Of a stretch of 64,000 nt of DNA, positions 38,221 through 53,400 are shown piece after piece. The stretch's first letter is position 1, and the number at the start of each line of letters is the position of its first letter. Made by a program: the position numbers and the translations under genes. The notes beneath the pieces were generated by a model, which was not told the origin of the DNA, searched no databases, and worked only from the letters and a program-made list of their open reading frames with translations. Origin of the DNA: Gordius albopunctatus (Eukaryota). The stretch covers positions 19,592,001 to 19,656,000 of the forward strand of contig OZ193909.1 of assembly GCA_964276515.1 (NCBI GenBank). The letters run 5' to 3'.

Positions 38221-39381
38221 CAGATTCATTTCTGCGACTTGATTACAAGTGCAAAATAATTACTCTTATTATTTTTCTACGTTTAAAGACAAGTTCATAA
38301 TTTTAGCCTAAATTTTAGAATAATTGATTTTGCCTTCGTCTCAACAAGTCTCGTCTTGTGCCCCTATAGAATCTTGATATCGTCTGTGCCTAGAAAATTC
38401 TCGGCCTCTTCACAAAGAGAAACCTTAATTTCCTACATATTAATAAATATTTATTTGCCCTACTTGTCAGACTTTCTTAACATTGGCTGGGTAAAATTTA
38501 AGATATTTTAGGATGGTTTTGACATCTTGAATTATATATCAATTATTTTTACTAATTTGAAGCTTAGTTGGCATTTCCTAATTCTATTAGACTTTTAAAT
38601 ACTGTTTGTGATGGATAATAAAATTGTTGAAATATAAGTTGCTTTAGTAATATTTACTCTTCATTAGAGTCAAATTTGAATTTTATAATTTTAATGATAA
38701 GGTAAACATGATATTATTGAATCCAGGTATTTACAATGTTAAGCTCATAAACTAAAATGACAAGCCCATATAGTTTAAGAGAATATCAAGCCTTGATAAG
38801 TTTAGACTCTATTTCCACGAAAAAACCAAATAATTATAATTAGTATTCTGACTTATATAAAAACATGGATTAAAATATTGTATCAAACAAACAAAAATCC
38901 TTATCCATCTCAGAATAACAAAAAGTGTGTATATAGTATGTTTCTTTGTCTGCGTCCCCTCAATCTTTTTGTTCATTGAACTAATTCTTTATGGCTATGA
39001 CCTAACCCTCTGTTGGTAAAACTAATCCTTCCTTTTAGTACCCTTTGTCTAATTCCTTTTACCAATCTCTACCCTTACTGTTATATTTCAGTTTAAATAG
39101 AAATACGACCGATATAAACTATTAGAGATTTACATGCCTATAAGGCCACTCATATTATATTTAATAAATAAGTTAGATCTAAGATTTGAGTCTAAATGGA
39201 TCTATTAAATACTCCACCTAGATTTGTAAACTATTTCATATCTCCATTAACTTACATCTATTACCCCGAGTGCCTATCAAATGGTTAATCCAAAATTTTG
39301 AACTGAGTTTAATAAATCCCATAAGAATTTACTAAAGTGTTATGGATCACCATTTTAAATATACTATAAGAAATATTACAA

Positions 39382-42300
39382 TAAAACTCGGGCCTTCGGG
39401 CCTCGTGGGAAGGGGGAGCGAAACTCATCTATAATCCGTATAAACGTAGCATATTTGCTATGCAATTTATGGGCGAGAAAAGTGGGAGGGGGTGAGAATG
39501 CCTATAGGGGGGTATTAAATGCAAAATGATTAGTTAATTATTATTTATACGAATATTCCATCTAATTAAAAAAAAATTTTGCCCTCTCCGGCATTCGAAC
39601 CCTCATTAATAGAGGAATAGGCTTTTGTAGGGGCACAGGGAACCATATAAGTAGAGGCATAGGTCCTTGTAGGGGAGGGCATAGGGGAATTACCAATGAT
39701 AACCAATTCAAAAACGAAAATTAAAATTTCGATCACAATTTGGCCAATGAATGGTCCGGAAAGTCAAAAAGTCATTTTATCAGTGGTATTAACAAGAACA
39801 ATAAATATTAAAATATGATTTAAAAAAAAATTGGTACTCTCCCGGGATTGAAATCGAACCTCCTGTTTACAAGGCGTTCGCTATAACCCCTCAGCCTCAC
39901 TCCATGCTGGTATTAAAATGGTACAAGTTTTTATGTTATTTATATAGATATTGAAATAATAAAGTAGGGGGGAAATAATGATTAAGGGAAGGGCAATATA
40001 ATCATTATTTTTTGGAATTTTAGCAAATTTTTGGATTTAGAGGAAAGCAACCGCTCCTCTCTGCCCCCCTTGGCTATACCCATGTATGAAATATAGGAAC
40101 TTTACAACAAATGTAAAATGGGTCATATTTGAAATTATAGCCAAATAAATAATACCAAAACATAATTTTTTCATTGGTCAGTAGTCAGAACACTGTCAAA
40201 AAGTCATATTATCAATGGTATTAACAAGAACAATATATTAATTTAATTTTTAAAAAAAATTAAAAATTTTGCCCTTGCCGGGTATCGAACCAGCCATTCA
40301 GAACGTTCGCCGGGATTTGAAACCACATTAATAGAGGCATAAGCCTTTGAAGGGGCACAGGGAGCCATATCAGTAGAGGCATAGGCTCTTGTACTGGAGG
40401 GCATATCTTTGGTTTTTGACGGATCGGGTCACGAGTGGCTAGAAGCTTATCTTAGTTCACTTTCTGGACTGATGTTGGAGGACCCAGAGCTTGCATACTC
40501 CATCGCCCTCAGACTAGGAATTCCCTATTCAAAGGAATATTCCTGTCGCAACTGCTCCCAGAACGTAGACATTTATGCAATGCACCCCCTACAGTGCCTT
40601 TACAATAAAATTTAATACACACGGCACGAAAAGGTGAATAGCCTTATCCAAGCCGCTCTTAAAATAGCCAATATACCGTCCGTTTTAGAGCCGTCCGACC
40701 CTTCGTTAGAGGGAAGGATGCGACCAGACGGCTCTACCCTCATTCCTTGGCAAAATGGCCTACCCCTTAAATGGGATTTCACCTGCATAGACATTTTCAC
40801 CCCCTCTAACCAGAACTACAACTCTCTGACCCTCGCCGAACACCGCAAAACGGTAAAATACCAGGACCTCCTACCCTCTAATATCTTTACCCCTATCGTT
40901 GCCTCATGTTCTGGCACTTTTGGTCCTTCCGCCATCAAGTTTTTTAAAGATATCAGCCGTCACTGCCCGCCCTCCAAATATTCCAGAAAATTTTTACTTA
41001 AACAAAATATTGGTATTTTAATATCAAAGTACAATTTTAAATCCCTCGCCGACAGCTGGCCACTTTTATTAGATGATACATGGGACGCTTTTTAATTATA
41101 ATTTTTTTTTATTTCCGATCTTATATTTTTCGAATTTTAACACTTCGGTTTTTATAACGTTCTTACATTCAAATAAACAGTACATACATTAAAAAAATGA
41201 TTAATGTTAACCAATTCAAAAACGAAAAAAAACTCGATTTATTTGGTCAATGGTCATTTTTTTCATTGGTCAGTAGCCAGCGGAAGGTCAAAAAGTCATA
41301 TTATCCATTGTATTAAAAAGAACATAATATTAATAAAAAAAATTTTTTTTGTCCTCTCCGGGGATTGAACTCGAAACCTCCAAGTCAGGAAGCTGGTGTA
41401 AATAACTTGGTGGAAGACGAACGACGGACAACAAAAAACGAGACCATAAATTGCTTAGCAATTAATATTCATGCATATACTTTTATTGTAAATACTATAC
41501 CCTATAAAATAAGCAACCGCTAATCTAGAAAACCCGTACGAATTCACAAAATTCACAATATAAAATCATATTACTATGTATATATAAATTTGCTCAATTT
41601 TATCATTTAATAAAAATCGAACCTTTTTATAATATGAATAGTTATATGTAATTGCTATGCAAATTATGGGCTCGTTCTTTGTTGTCCGTCCGTCGTCCGT
41701 CGTCCACCAAGTTGTTACAACGGCTTCCTGACCCGGAGGTTCGTGTTCAATCCCCAGAGAGGACAAATTTTTTTATTTTCAAATTAAATTAATATTTTGT
41801 TCTTGTTAATACCATTGATAATATGACTTTTTGACCGTCCGCTGGCTGCTGACCAATGCAAAAAATGACCATTAATGAAATTGTGATTCTAATTTTTTTT
41901 TTGTTTTTGAATTGGTTGACATTGATAATTACCCTGTGCCCTCCCCTACAAGGGCCTATGCCTCTACTGATATGGGTACCTATGCCCCTACAAAAACCTA
42001 TGCCTCTATTAATGTGGGTTCGAATCCCGGAGAGAGCTAAATCTTTATTTTTTTAAATTAAATTAATATATTGTTCTTGTTAATACCATTGATAATATGG
42101 CTTTTTGACCGTTTCCTGGCTACTGTCCAATAAAAAAATGACCATTGGCAAATTGTATTTATTTCTTTGATTAGGGCCGCATCTAATAAGTCATAAAAGA
42201 AATTTATGAGCAGGAAACTTCGTTACAAATGGTAAAAAATTTCATTTCCTTGTCATGTGTCAATAAGAAATCAAGTTGAATTCTATGAAAATATATTTTG

Positions 42301-43647
42301 TACTTTATCAAAAAAAAGCTTCTAAAATTCATCCCCCCTTTAAATACAAAAATTTGTTGAAATTTTTTAAAAGTACGGCAGGCCGAAAATTTCTGCAACA
42401 TTAATGTAATTCATTATATATATATTCATAAATTCTAGCAACATTTGCTAGTTAAAAAAGATATTTGTTTCGATTAAGAGTTTTTGGACTATTTTTTTAA
42501 TTATCACATAATTAACTAAGTTATTTGGGCACATTGAGTATTTATACAACTTGCAATCTTCCTTTAAATCTGCAGGCACTTAGGAATAGTACTTTTATAA
42601 TTTAAGCACTCCCCACCCCACTACCTCTCGGTATTGTATCTTGATTGCTAGGAAACGAGATGGGTATAACTAATATTATCGATAAAAATCGATAATTCTA
42701 ATCAATAAATATTATGCGATTAGATAGTTTTGAAATCGAATTTACGGGGGAGGGAGAGGGGAACTGTATTTAAAATGTTTTAATTAAATGCTATGCAATT
42801 TACGGGGCATCAATTATCCCAGAAAAATGTCGCATAGCAAATAATATTATTATTAATGGCATTTACTTATATATAGTTATTTGGCTATAATTTCAAATAT
42901 GACCCATTTTACAGTTGTTGTAAAGTTCCTATATTTCATACATGGGTATAGCCAAGGGGGGGGGGGCACAGAGGGGCGCTTGCTTTCCTCTAAATCCAAA
43001 AATTTGCTAAAATTCCAAAAAATGATCATTTTGCCCTTCCCTAAATCATTATTTCCCCCCTACTTTATTATTTCAATATCTATATAAATAAAATAAAAAC
43101 TTATACCATTTTAATACCAGCATGGAGTGAGGCTGAGGGGTTATAGCCAACGCCTTGTAAACAGGAGGTTCGAGTTTAATCCCGGGAGAAGACGAATTCT
43201 TTTTTTAAATTAAATTTTAATATTTATTGTTCTTGTTAATATCATTTATAATATGACTTTCCGCTGGCTACTTACCAATGAAAAAAATGACCATTGGCCA
43301 AATTGTGATCGAAATTTTAATTTTCGTTTTTGAATTGGTTATCATTGATAATTACCCTATGCCCTCCCCTACAAGGGCCTATGCCTCTACCTATATGGTT
43401 CCGTGTGCCCCTAAAAAAGCCTATGGCTCTATTAATGTGGGTTCGGATCCCGGAGAAGGCAAAATTTTTTTTTAATTAAATGGAATATTTGTATAAATAA
43501 TTAACTGATCATTTTGCATTTAATAAGGCATTCTCGCCTCTTCCCACCTTTCTCGCCCATAAATTGCATAGCAAATATGCTACGTTTATACGGAGTATAG
43601 ATGAGTTTCGTTCCCCCTTCCCACGAGGGTCGAAGGCCCGAGTTTTA
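39382..43647. repeat. Large imperfect inverted repeat built of tRNA-like modules
   Basis: 39382-40150 mirrors 42876-43647; 40168-40405 plus 41198-41465 mirrors 41648-42150; centre near 41555. Confidence 0.85.
40406..41197 (+). mobile_element. 5'-truncated CRE-like element
   Basis: FDGSGHEWLEAY...CRNC..HPLQC, RMRPDGSTLIPWQNG..WDFTCID; AATAAA and A7 tail. Confidence 0.88.
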
Positions 43648-44453
43648 TATTATAACCGCCGGCAGAAAATTATTGCCATTATCATATACTTTATTTAATT
43701 AACTAGCAATTTTAAATTCCAACTATCCACAAGGTAATCTTTTAAAATTATCATATCTTAGTTGTAGCTAGTTTTTAACAAAGACCTGCCTTTTATTTGG
43801 TCCATCGTTGTTTAAAATAAGTAGACTAACGGTAGACACTGGTTTCTTTTTCAAATTTTAACTAAGCCTATGGGCCTGATTAAGAAAAACAAACCAAAAA
43901 ACCTTTGGTCTCTTTATACCAAACAAAATTCAGGTCCTTTTAAAACACCAGTTGTAGCCATCCATTATTATGAATCACAATCATTCATTGCTAAATTTGT
44001 GATAGATTATTTTGATTATATAAATCTCATGGTAAAGTACCCCCAAAACATAAAAAATTAAGATAATTTCTAGGATCACTCCATAAATTAGATATTTAAT
44101 CTCTGCGAAAACAAAGGTAAAGGACTTAATCTAAACGAAATTTTATTTCACTAGTTTACAATAGGAAACGTCGAGGTTGTCACAGGGTACAGGTAACGAA
44201 TAAGCGAAGAGCTACAATACACTAATATATATTCATCTCGTCAATAAACGTAAAAATAAATCATTATGAATCCAAATTTCGCTTGACTTATACACACACA
44301 CAGGAATGTATACTTTTTATTGCACAAAAGGTTTGGTGGAATTTTATGATACATTGAGGTTAAATACATTGCAAGACTACAAGTTATTGCACAAAGACTG
44401 TCGTAGTTCGTAACAAAACGACAATATAAAGAGGTAAAAATTTGAGAAAACAT

Positions 44454-47400
44454 TCAGGCCGAAGCTTGGTTTGAGGTTGAGTTCGGAGTCAGGAACCGAG
44501 TCCCATTGTTAGTAACTTGGAGGGACGGTAAGAGAGATTCATTTTTATCACCATCGGGGCCCCTATCTTCGGTAGATCTGTAGGATTGCGTTAGAGGAAC
44601 CGAAGCTTCTAAAGTAATATTTTCGAAGGCGGCTCCGCTATTGAATCCCTATAGTTTATCAATATTTTAGTGCAATCGAAGAAATTTTTTTTTTTTTGGG
44701 GGGGGGGGGAGGGCTTTGATTGTCGAAAATCCAAACTAGTAACACACTTTTATTATAGGAGGGAAAAGGTTCTTACCTCACATACAAGGTGACCTGGGAG
44801 ATAATACCGATTCACTTGTGTTGCTAATGTGGGTGGAGCCACTCTACTCTAGCACAATCAAAACGGGTTGGAAACGCTACTCATTTGCTTTACCAACATA
44901 AGATTTTAGTGTCGGCTTCGCTTTTTTGCATCGAAGGCATGGGCGTGGCCAGCATTAGATTTAGAGGGGGGGGGGGAGGGGCAATAATGATTTAGTGAGG
45001 GTCAATAATAGGACAATTTTTATAAATTTTAGCCATAGTTTTAATAAATTAATAAGATTTTTTGGACTTACAGAAAGGGGCAGCGGAGTCGATCGTTAAT
45101 CTTAGTGAAACCATAAATATAAGGTGAGCCGAAACCTCCTGAAAGAATACAGTTTTTCATAGTAGCGGCACTCCCTCAAGATTAAAACTATTTAGCCACC
45201 ATCAAAAAACTTGGCTTTGACGGAACGCACAACAATTGATAACTGCTCAAGGCTGTCTCACATGGGCGTAGCTAAGGGGAGGGGTAACTGCCGCCTCTAA
45301 ATCCAAAGCTTTGCTGAAATATATTAAAATTATGGGGTTAAAATTTCAAAAAATGAACATTTTGCTCCTCCCCAAGCCATTATTGCCCCCCCCTCTGATT
45401 CCAGTGCTGGCTACGTCCATGCTGTCTCCTATATCAAATAGACTATGTGCTACTTCGCCTCTTTGGGACCGACCAAATAATAAACGACTAATCTGAATTT
45501 ATCCAAAAACGGTAAATTTTTACCACTGATTTTAGGCAAAAAATTATGGTTAAATCCAATATAAATTTTAGTTACGGGAAAAAATAATCTAGCACTACAA
45601 CTTAAAACCCACTCACTTTATTAACGCTGCCTCCGCTGCTTTGGGCAAACGTGCGTTTTAACTTCCTCAACAAGGATTCGGTCCGCGTCTCCCCGTTCTT
45701 GGTTTTACCGCTCAGCCAGCCTACAACTTTTTGGCGGCCATTTTGATCTATACAATCATCTTCATCTTCTCCCTCTACTATCGCACAAGAATCCACGCCC
45801 AGAAACTGAGCTTCATTTTTATTAATATCCCCACCCGGCCCTTTGGGTCCGTTACCATCGTAGGTTTGTTGTACCAGGGCCATGTATTTGTACTCTAACC
45901 TAAGAGATCAAAAATCTAAATTGCAAAAAGTGCTCGATAAAATTGTTATATGGAAGTTTTTATATTATAGCCAATAATAAAGATAAATGCAAAAAATGTT
46001 ACAATGCTAATCTAATGCCGCAAAAGTCAATAAATATGAATTTAGATCCTAAATTAAGATGCACCCATAATGCTAACGACATAATGTTAATGATAATTTA
46101 TGTTTAAAAGTAGTGCTAATTCTTCCCAGAAACAAGACAACTTCATAAAAGAATCAAACCAATATTTCCCGCATGGAAACAAAAATTTACAGGATTCACA
46201 CATAAAACTTAAAATTAGCGAAAAAAACATATAAAATATATATACAACGATTACAAAAAGCAATTAATTAATGGGCAATAAAGCAATTTGGTAGGCTGTA
46301 ATTTTATGTCGAAATCTCATACTGCATTACTTTTTGGTTCTTTTCCACATGAAAAACATCGCGAGGCAAAGCAAAATACCGGCTACGGCGCTGATAAAGA
46401 TAATGAGCTGTATCTATTATGTCAAAAAATAATCATGATTATATTAAATAAGTCAAAAATCCAAAAAAAAACTATTAAAATTATTAAAGTATCGAAAACA
46501 TTACTTAATTAAGTTTCAAACAGGATGCTTGTCAGAAAGCTGTGTTGCAGCTTTTAAAGAATGTTGTGGAGGGTTTTAAATCAATTTTTTGGGCGATTTT
46601 TTTTAATTAAAAACAATAAAACTAAAGTAGGGAAGGGGGATAGAAAATATTTATTAATAAATACAATCAAAGGTATATCCAGAAAATGTTTAGAGATTCG
46701 AAATTGCAATAATGCTTTAAGAGATCAACTATAAAAATTGATTCGATATCTATTGATTAAGATATAAAATTTTCGGCATAAAGTTGTAGGAGAATAGAAA
46801 AATTAAATTTAAAGCCATATCAGGGTAACTGCATCCTGCCCAAAAAAGTCTACGATAAGTTTCAAACAGGTTTTATAAAACAATTTTTATTTTATTTCGG
46901 CATTTAAAAAAATGAAATTTTGTCAGAAATATCGAATATAATTACGTGAGGTGGAACAGGAGAGCAAGGAACGGTGCGGGTATATGGGAAAGAATGATTG
47001 TTAGACAGAGCTGGGATGCAATACCTAATTAAAAGTTATATAAATTAAATTCATTTATATAAATTTGCGAGGAATTATTTAGCCAGTTTCGCAATCATCC
47101 GTTTGCGAAGCAAGAACCTAGACAAATTACGCAAACAAACTCATGGGCCGACTCCCTCATAGACAGCCATCAATAATATCCCGTATAAGTAAGTTTCCAC
47201 AGCAATTGGCAACCAAAGAAGATCCCATAAATCGCATAGCAATTAATTAAATAATTTAAGTAATATGCACCTCTTTGCAAAATTACGAAATCCTTAGCCT
47301 ACAAAACAAATCAATAGGAAAAATCACCCCCCCCCCCTCTAAATCCAAAAATATATATATATACGTACTGAGCTGGGTAGTAGTATGTAATTTGAGATCC

Positions 47401-50400
47401 TTTTACGCATTCTCCCTTCATAATTTTGATATCTTTGGCCCCGCAAACGGGACAAGCATACGGTGTTTTCCACAAAAATTGAAAATTACACCCGTCGCAC
47501 GTACCTAGTTGTGGTTTTAAAAACATACACATTCAAATAATCTATCGTATTTAGCTAACTACTATTATTATCTATTAAGTATAAATTATGATATTAAATA
47601 CCTCCGAGGTTATCGACTATAAATCTTAAACAAAGTCTAATTTTTAAATTATTTTTAATATTTTTTTATAAAAAATCATAGGATCTATGGTGCCTTAGGT
47701 CAATTCATAGAATCTTAATAAACCCTATTTATACAAAAGTACAATTATGTGAAAAAGTTGTGACTTTTTTTATTAACTTTAAAACTGCCCCTTTGCTAAA
47801 AACAAGCAGCGCATTAAGTGTAAGGCGATTGATGCCAAAATTCATCTGTTCCTAATTAAATTTAAGGCAAAGATTTTAAACTGAAAAGTGATGATAAAAT
47901 ATTTACAAAAAAATCCATGACATAAAATAATATGTAGAGAAATACCTAGTTTACAACCGACTGGTACCTGGACGGTACCCGTGTCATAAGGGTACGCATT
48001 TCCGTGCTGTGAGGGCCCTGGACTTTGAATGAGATGTCCGGTCTCTGCTTTGATGAGGGAAGACGTGTCGCAAATCAAAGTGACCACGGTGCTTCGACCC
48101 GACGGGCAAGCCAAGGTGGGTGAGGGTGAACGATACATGAAGTGAATGCCTGCGACAATTACGGTAACGCCAAATAAAAATTATATTTTTCGATAAAATC
48201 AAATAGTTTGCTTTTACGAATGAAGTGACAAGTGTATAAAGATAAAACAAAAGAAATGAGATATAGTAGTTGATAGTGTTGTAAAAATGGCTGTCGACTA
48301 AACATAAACAGAGACCAAAGGTTTTTTGGTCTCTTTTTCTCTTGATCGACCTATAGGCTTAGTCGAAATTTTAAGAAGGGACCAAGAGTGACCTGGCTGG
48401 TCCGAATCCAACTTAATTAACACTAGGGTCAGAATGTTTTAAAAGTCTAGCTAAATGCATGGGACAAGTCCACGTGCGTAGCTAGCATTGAAATTAGAGG
48501 GGGGTGGGGTCAATAATGATTTAGTAAGGGGCAAAATGATCATTTTGAAATTTGGCATTGAAAGTTTCATAAAATAAGCCTATTTTCAGTGGACCTTCGT
48601 GGTGCGCGCTGTGATTTAGGTTAGTTTTTAGGTGTTGGGCCAACAGGGGAACTGCATCCACTGTGCCCACGGCAACCAATTCTTCACCCAAACTGACGGG
48701 CTGCACCGATCTGAACAGCTGTGAATTCTTCTTGGGGGAGGAGGAGGAGTAGGATACGAGGGATGGTATTATGGTTGAACGACAAACCCAAGAAACGACC
48801 TGGCAAATGGGGAAAAATTTATTCTAAACTCGCAGCGCTTAATTGACGTTTTACCACAAGGGGGCGGGGAGGGGTATTAACACATAGGCCATCCCACTTA
48901 AAAGATACGTGTCTGTCCTATAATCGCAATAACACTCCAATAAGTGCTGTAAAAATAGCTGGGTTTCGGTTGGTGGACCTCTAGGCTTAGTCGATATTTA
49001 AAAAAGCAGACCGTTAGTCTTAGTTGGACCACAAAGGTAGACCAAACAAAGCCGCCCCCCAACCCTTTTTATAACTCAAGTAGGTAGAGGTTCACTGTTT
49101 CGTAGTTACCCTATCTCGGTCTTCGAAAAGTGGGTTAGATGCGTTTAGTGAATGGATCGAGGCATCTGACACGTTATTGCTGCACGTGGCTTTGCCCCGA
49201 GCATCACCCGGAGATCGGCACAGGCTAAAATTAAAGGCGTAGTAATAAGGAGTTCCGCCCGCCGTAAAAAGAGGCTCCGATGTGACCGCTTGAATACTGG
49301 CGAGACGATAAAAATAGGGGAAAAGGCGTTGAACCAAATTTTTATTCATAAAAAAAATGCGCTGAAAAACGCACAACACAAACAAAAATCAAGGATTGCC
49401 TTAATTTTGAATGGTTCTTTAAGAAGTAAAATGTGCTGTCAACGATAGTTATTTAAAAATAGAAGCAATCAATAAGGATCTCAAATATTTACACAAGATT
49501 CCAAATAATATTTTTACATTAAACAGATAATCACTAGGAAGATTGTGAGATTCAACGGAAATCAATAATTTATGAAACGCCTCAAGGTAGAACCGAAGTG
49601 TAGATAGACCGCTCATCGACTCTTAATAGGTGTACCGTTTTTCCGCCATTTTGAACTGTGCACGACTAAAGGAAGACGGACATGTAGATTATCATTATAG
49701 TAATTTTAATTATTCAGAGTGCTTTTAGGTCTTAAGAAAAAAATATAGAATTAGTTAACAATTAAAAAAACATTTTAAAATATATATCAACTACGAAATT
49801 CGTAAAAATAAAAATACCGCGATGATATAATGTTAAAGGAATTGAGTGCCGCCATCTGCATTTTATTAAATAATCATTTATTTACCTTCATTTTCACTTA
49901 TTACAGCTAATGAGTGAGGTTACTTCACTTTTTCCGCTATAAGGTACACAGCAGAAAGACATGGGAGATAGTCAAATTCAAAATGGCGGATTTAATGGTA
50001 CACATTTTACCATAAATTAAGCGTATGACATGAGCAGTTTATGGAGTCGGAGAGTAAACACCTTACCCAGACAGTGGTCTGAAATCGTAGAAGGTGCTGC
50101 CATTCTCGTGCCCATAACTGCAATCATTGTAACACTCCAATCCATTATGATCTGATATGGTTCCATGTCCACAAGGAATGCAAGGCGATAAGGCAACCCA
50201 CTTTCGCAAAGGATCTGATGCCCTCCTTCCCTCTAGTACGGACATTACATCTAGTTTCGTGTTGGCGGCACACTTCAAACAACTTAGATTGGTGGCTGGG
50301 CTTGAATTGTTGCTGGAGGAAATATTAGCAAGGGTCGAGGGGTATGAACCGACCGGACATGGCACGCAATCTAATTCCACCCCGGCTTCCCTGAAAAACG

Positions 50401-53400
50401 TTTAAAAATTGGATAAAATAGTAATTTTACTTTCGAAACCAACAACAATTCGGATATTGAACGAAATAGGTTATATTCGGCAATTATCATGGCAGCCATA
50501 AATAGAGATTGATCCCTAAAATTTTTTCATTATTCACAAAGTCGAATCTCGGAAATATCATCAATCTAGAGCTTTTTTGGGAAGATCGCCATCACTCAAT
50601 TCGTGTAAGAAAGTCTAAACATTTCGGAGACAAAACCACCCCGAGCATGCTTAAAAAGAATATTTCAAAATGCCAGATTCAACAAAAATGTTTTACAAAA
50701 TTTTCAAGGCCTGTTCATTTATGAAACCGCAACTTTTCAGGTTAATAAATTTAAAAAAACTGACATTGCATGTGTAAGGCTTTGTATGTACGCTAGGATA
50801 AAAATACGCGTGGAGACGTCAATCACGTTAAATCGTCAAATATAATATTTTAATTTGAGGTACTACTTCAATTGAATCACGTTGCGCGTAAAGGAATTAA
50901 TTTGGATTAGATGAAGGCGCACATTTATCCTGGCGTACTTTTATCCTAGCGTATACTTTCAACAAACGTACCCGTTGGTGGATGATGGCTGTGGGTCGGG
51001 ATCCAAGAACATGCAAGGCAGGCAAGAGATAGCTCCACCCCTATCTTCCTTTCCATCAGCTCCCAGCAAAACCAAATTGGTCATATTTACCGAGTATATC
51101 TTGGCCCTAACACGGGGATAAGTATAAATAATTCTATTATTAATGCAATGAAATAGTGTCGTAAAGAACGCTCGATTCTGGTCTGTGTTTCAAATTTCGA
51201 CTAAGACTACTGGTCGAATAATTAAAATAGACCAAAGTCACTAAAACCAAAGCCCGACCAAACAAAACCGAGCCGTTTTTACACTACCTACATATAATAA
51301 GCATCTCATAATTCTACATTATTATTAAAAATGATTTAGATTGGGATATTGACAAGCTTTTAACCAAGGCTATGCTTTGTTCGTCTTATATGATATTAAA
51401 AAAACGTACGAAAGGCCATTTCGTTCGCACCTTCAACCTCATTCATCACAAAAACTGGACGACTAGAGGGAAAACTAAAAACATGCTATTGTTCAGCGTA
51501 AAATTCTCTATGAGAATCATATATACGAACATGGGATGCAATAACCAAATCCATTTTTATAGACCAAAAAAACTTACTCGTCAGCTAGGTTATGAGTTTT
51601 TTGGAAGATCCAACGGAAAGAAGGTAAAGAGGGGGGCGTTTTAAAAAAATCACGATTTCCGCTATCCACGTCGCTTTTAAGTGTCGCAGCTTCTATGGTA
51701 TAGGCCCATGATATTTTGGGAGAGCCCGGCTGCCCGCTCCATTTTTTGATCACTTGAGTTTGTTTTTTACCGTTCGTCTTAAAAAGGAAATTTTTGTTTT
51801 ATTCTCATATAAAATAGTTATTATCATGGGCCTAGCTAGCCATGGGGGGCGGACTCTAAATTCTAATAATTTTTGAAGTTTATTAAAATATGGCTAAATT
51901 TCAAAAAATGACAATTTTTCTCCTCCCTAAATTATCGCCCCCCCCCCTCTGGTCATTATTAATTAACTCTAATTTCATTCTAAATTTTTAAATATCCAAT
52001 TTTGAATCCTCAAGGTTATAAATTGTATTCCTTCCAGAAGATTCTAACATCAATTTCCTAATATTTATAGAAAATTCTTTAGAGGATAAAAAAATATTGG
52101 CAAGGATGGCTAAATTCTCGTCAACTTAAAGTATTTATTATTATACAAATTTTGCAAATGAGGGTTGATTTGTGTAGAGACGTAGCAAAAATTTTAATAA
52201 ATTACTTTGACGAAAAAGAAGAGGCATTGCGATCGACATTCCAGTTGAAACTCGAATTCGATCGTTCCGTAAGGCGGCCGTACTGAAGTCAGCTGATCCA
52301 AAGCCAGGATATCAAACGTGGTGACGGGATCGGAGGAATTGCGACGAAATGATCTAGTACAGAGGCTATCTCCGTCAGCTGACCAACCCTCGAAAGGGGC
52401 ACAATTACCTAAAAAAATTCGGAATAATTAATTTTAAATCGCAAAAAATGAGATTGACTTAAAAGAGTAGGTTTTAAGTAAATAAAATTGTTTGTGTTTA
52501 CTCATTAGAGTGTAGCAATAGGAAGTCAAATGTTGGGGCATAGTGTACCATTGGGTGTAAAAGAATCCATAATTTGCGAAAGTACCGGCAGGGCATTTTT
52601 TACAATCTAAAAGTTGCACAATATATAATTTTTAATTTTCTGGAACATTTCAAGCAAATATATTAGATGGATGTATAAACATGGGCGTAGCTATAGTTGT
52701 TAAATTGCTGCTAACTTTCTTCAAACTCCAGACGCGAGCACGCACACTGAGTTGCTGAAGATGCGCGTTACCACAATATGTGCTCGCTGTTCGGTGCATT
52801 AGGCAGAGCAGTAGCATATAGAAATGCTCGGAGGCCGAGCAGAAACTTGAGCAGATGGTGGCTGGAGTTGAAGCAAGTTAGCAATTTAACAACTCTAGGC
52901 GTAGCCAGCGATGGGATTAAATGATCATTTTTTTTAATTTTGGGTCATTCAACAAATTTTTGGATCTAGAGGGGGGCAGTTGGCCCACCCTGCCCTCGCC
53001 CCGGCAAAGCCCCTGGGTATAAAAAAATTCACTTCAAAAAATGTATTTATGTTAACCGTTTATGAATGTGCCATCAGAGAACGTTCCGGATGGGCAAAAG
53101 GTGCATTCTGCCCCGCTCCGTGGGAAAGAGGAGCCCCCCGAAGTGCCATTAAGTGGTTTCTTTTCGTAGAACTGACCAGCCGGACACGGCCGGCAATCAG
53201 CTGATCGGGATGGCGGGAGATAAATCGATTGGTCCGTACAAATTTTGGGCCTTATCCAATCGTAGGTAACGGTCCTCTGCGCCGCAACAAACAAAACCAT
53301 TTAAAGAATTAACCATTTTATAAATTAAATCTCAAAATATAAAAATTTCAATATTAAATAGTTTCAATCTTAAAAAACTAAATTTTACTTTCATGGTACT

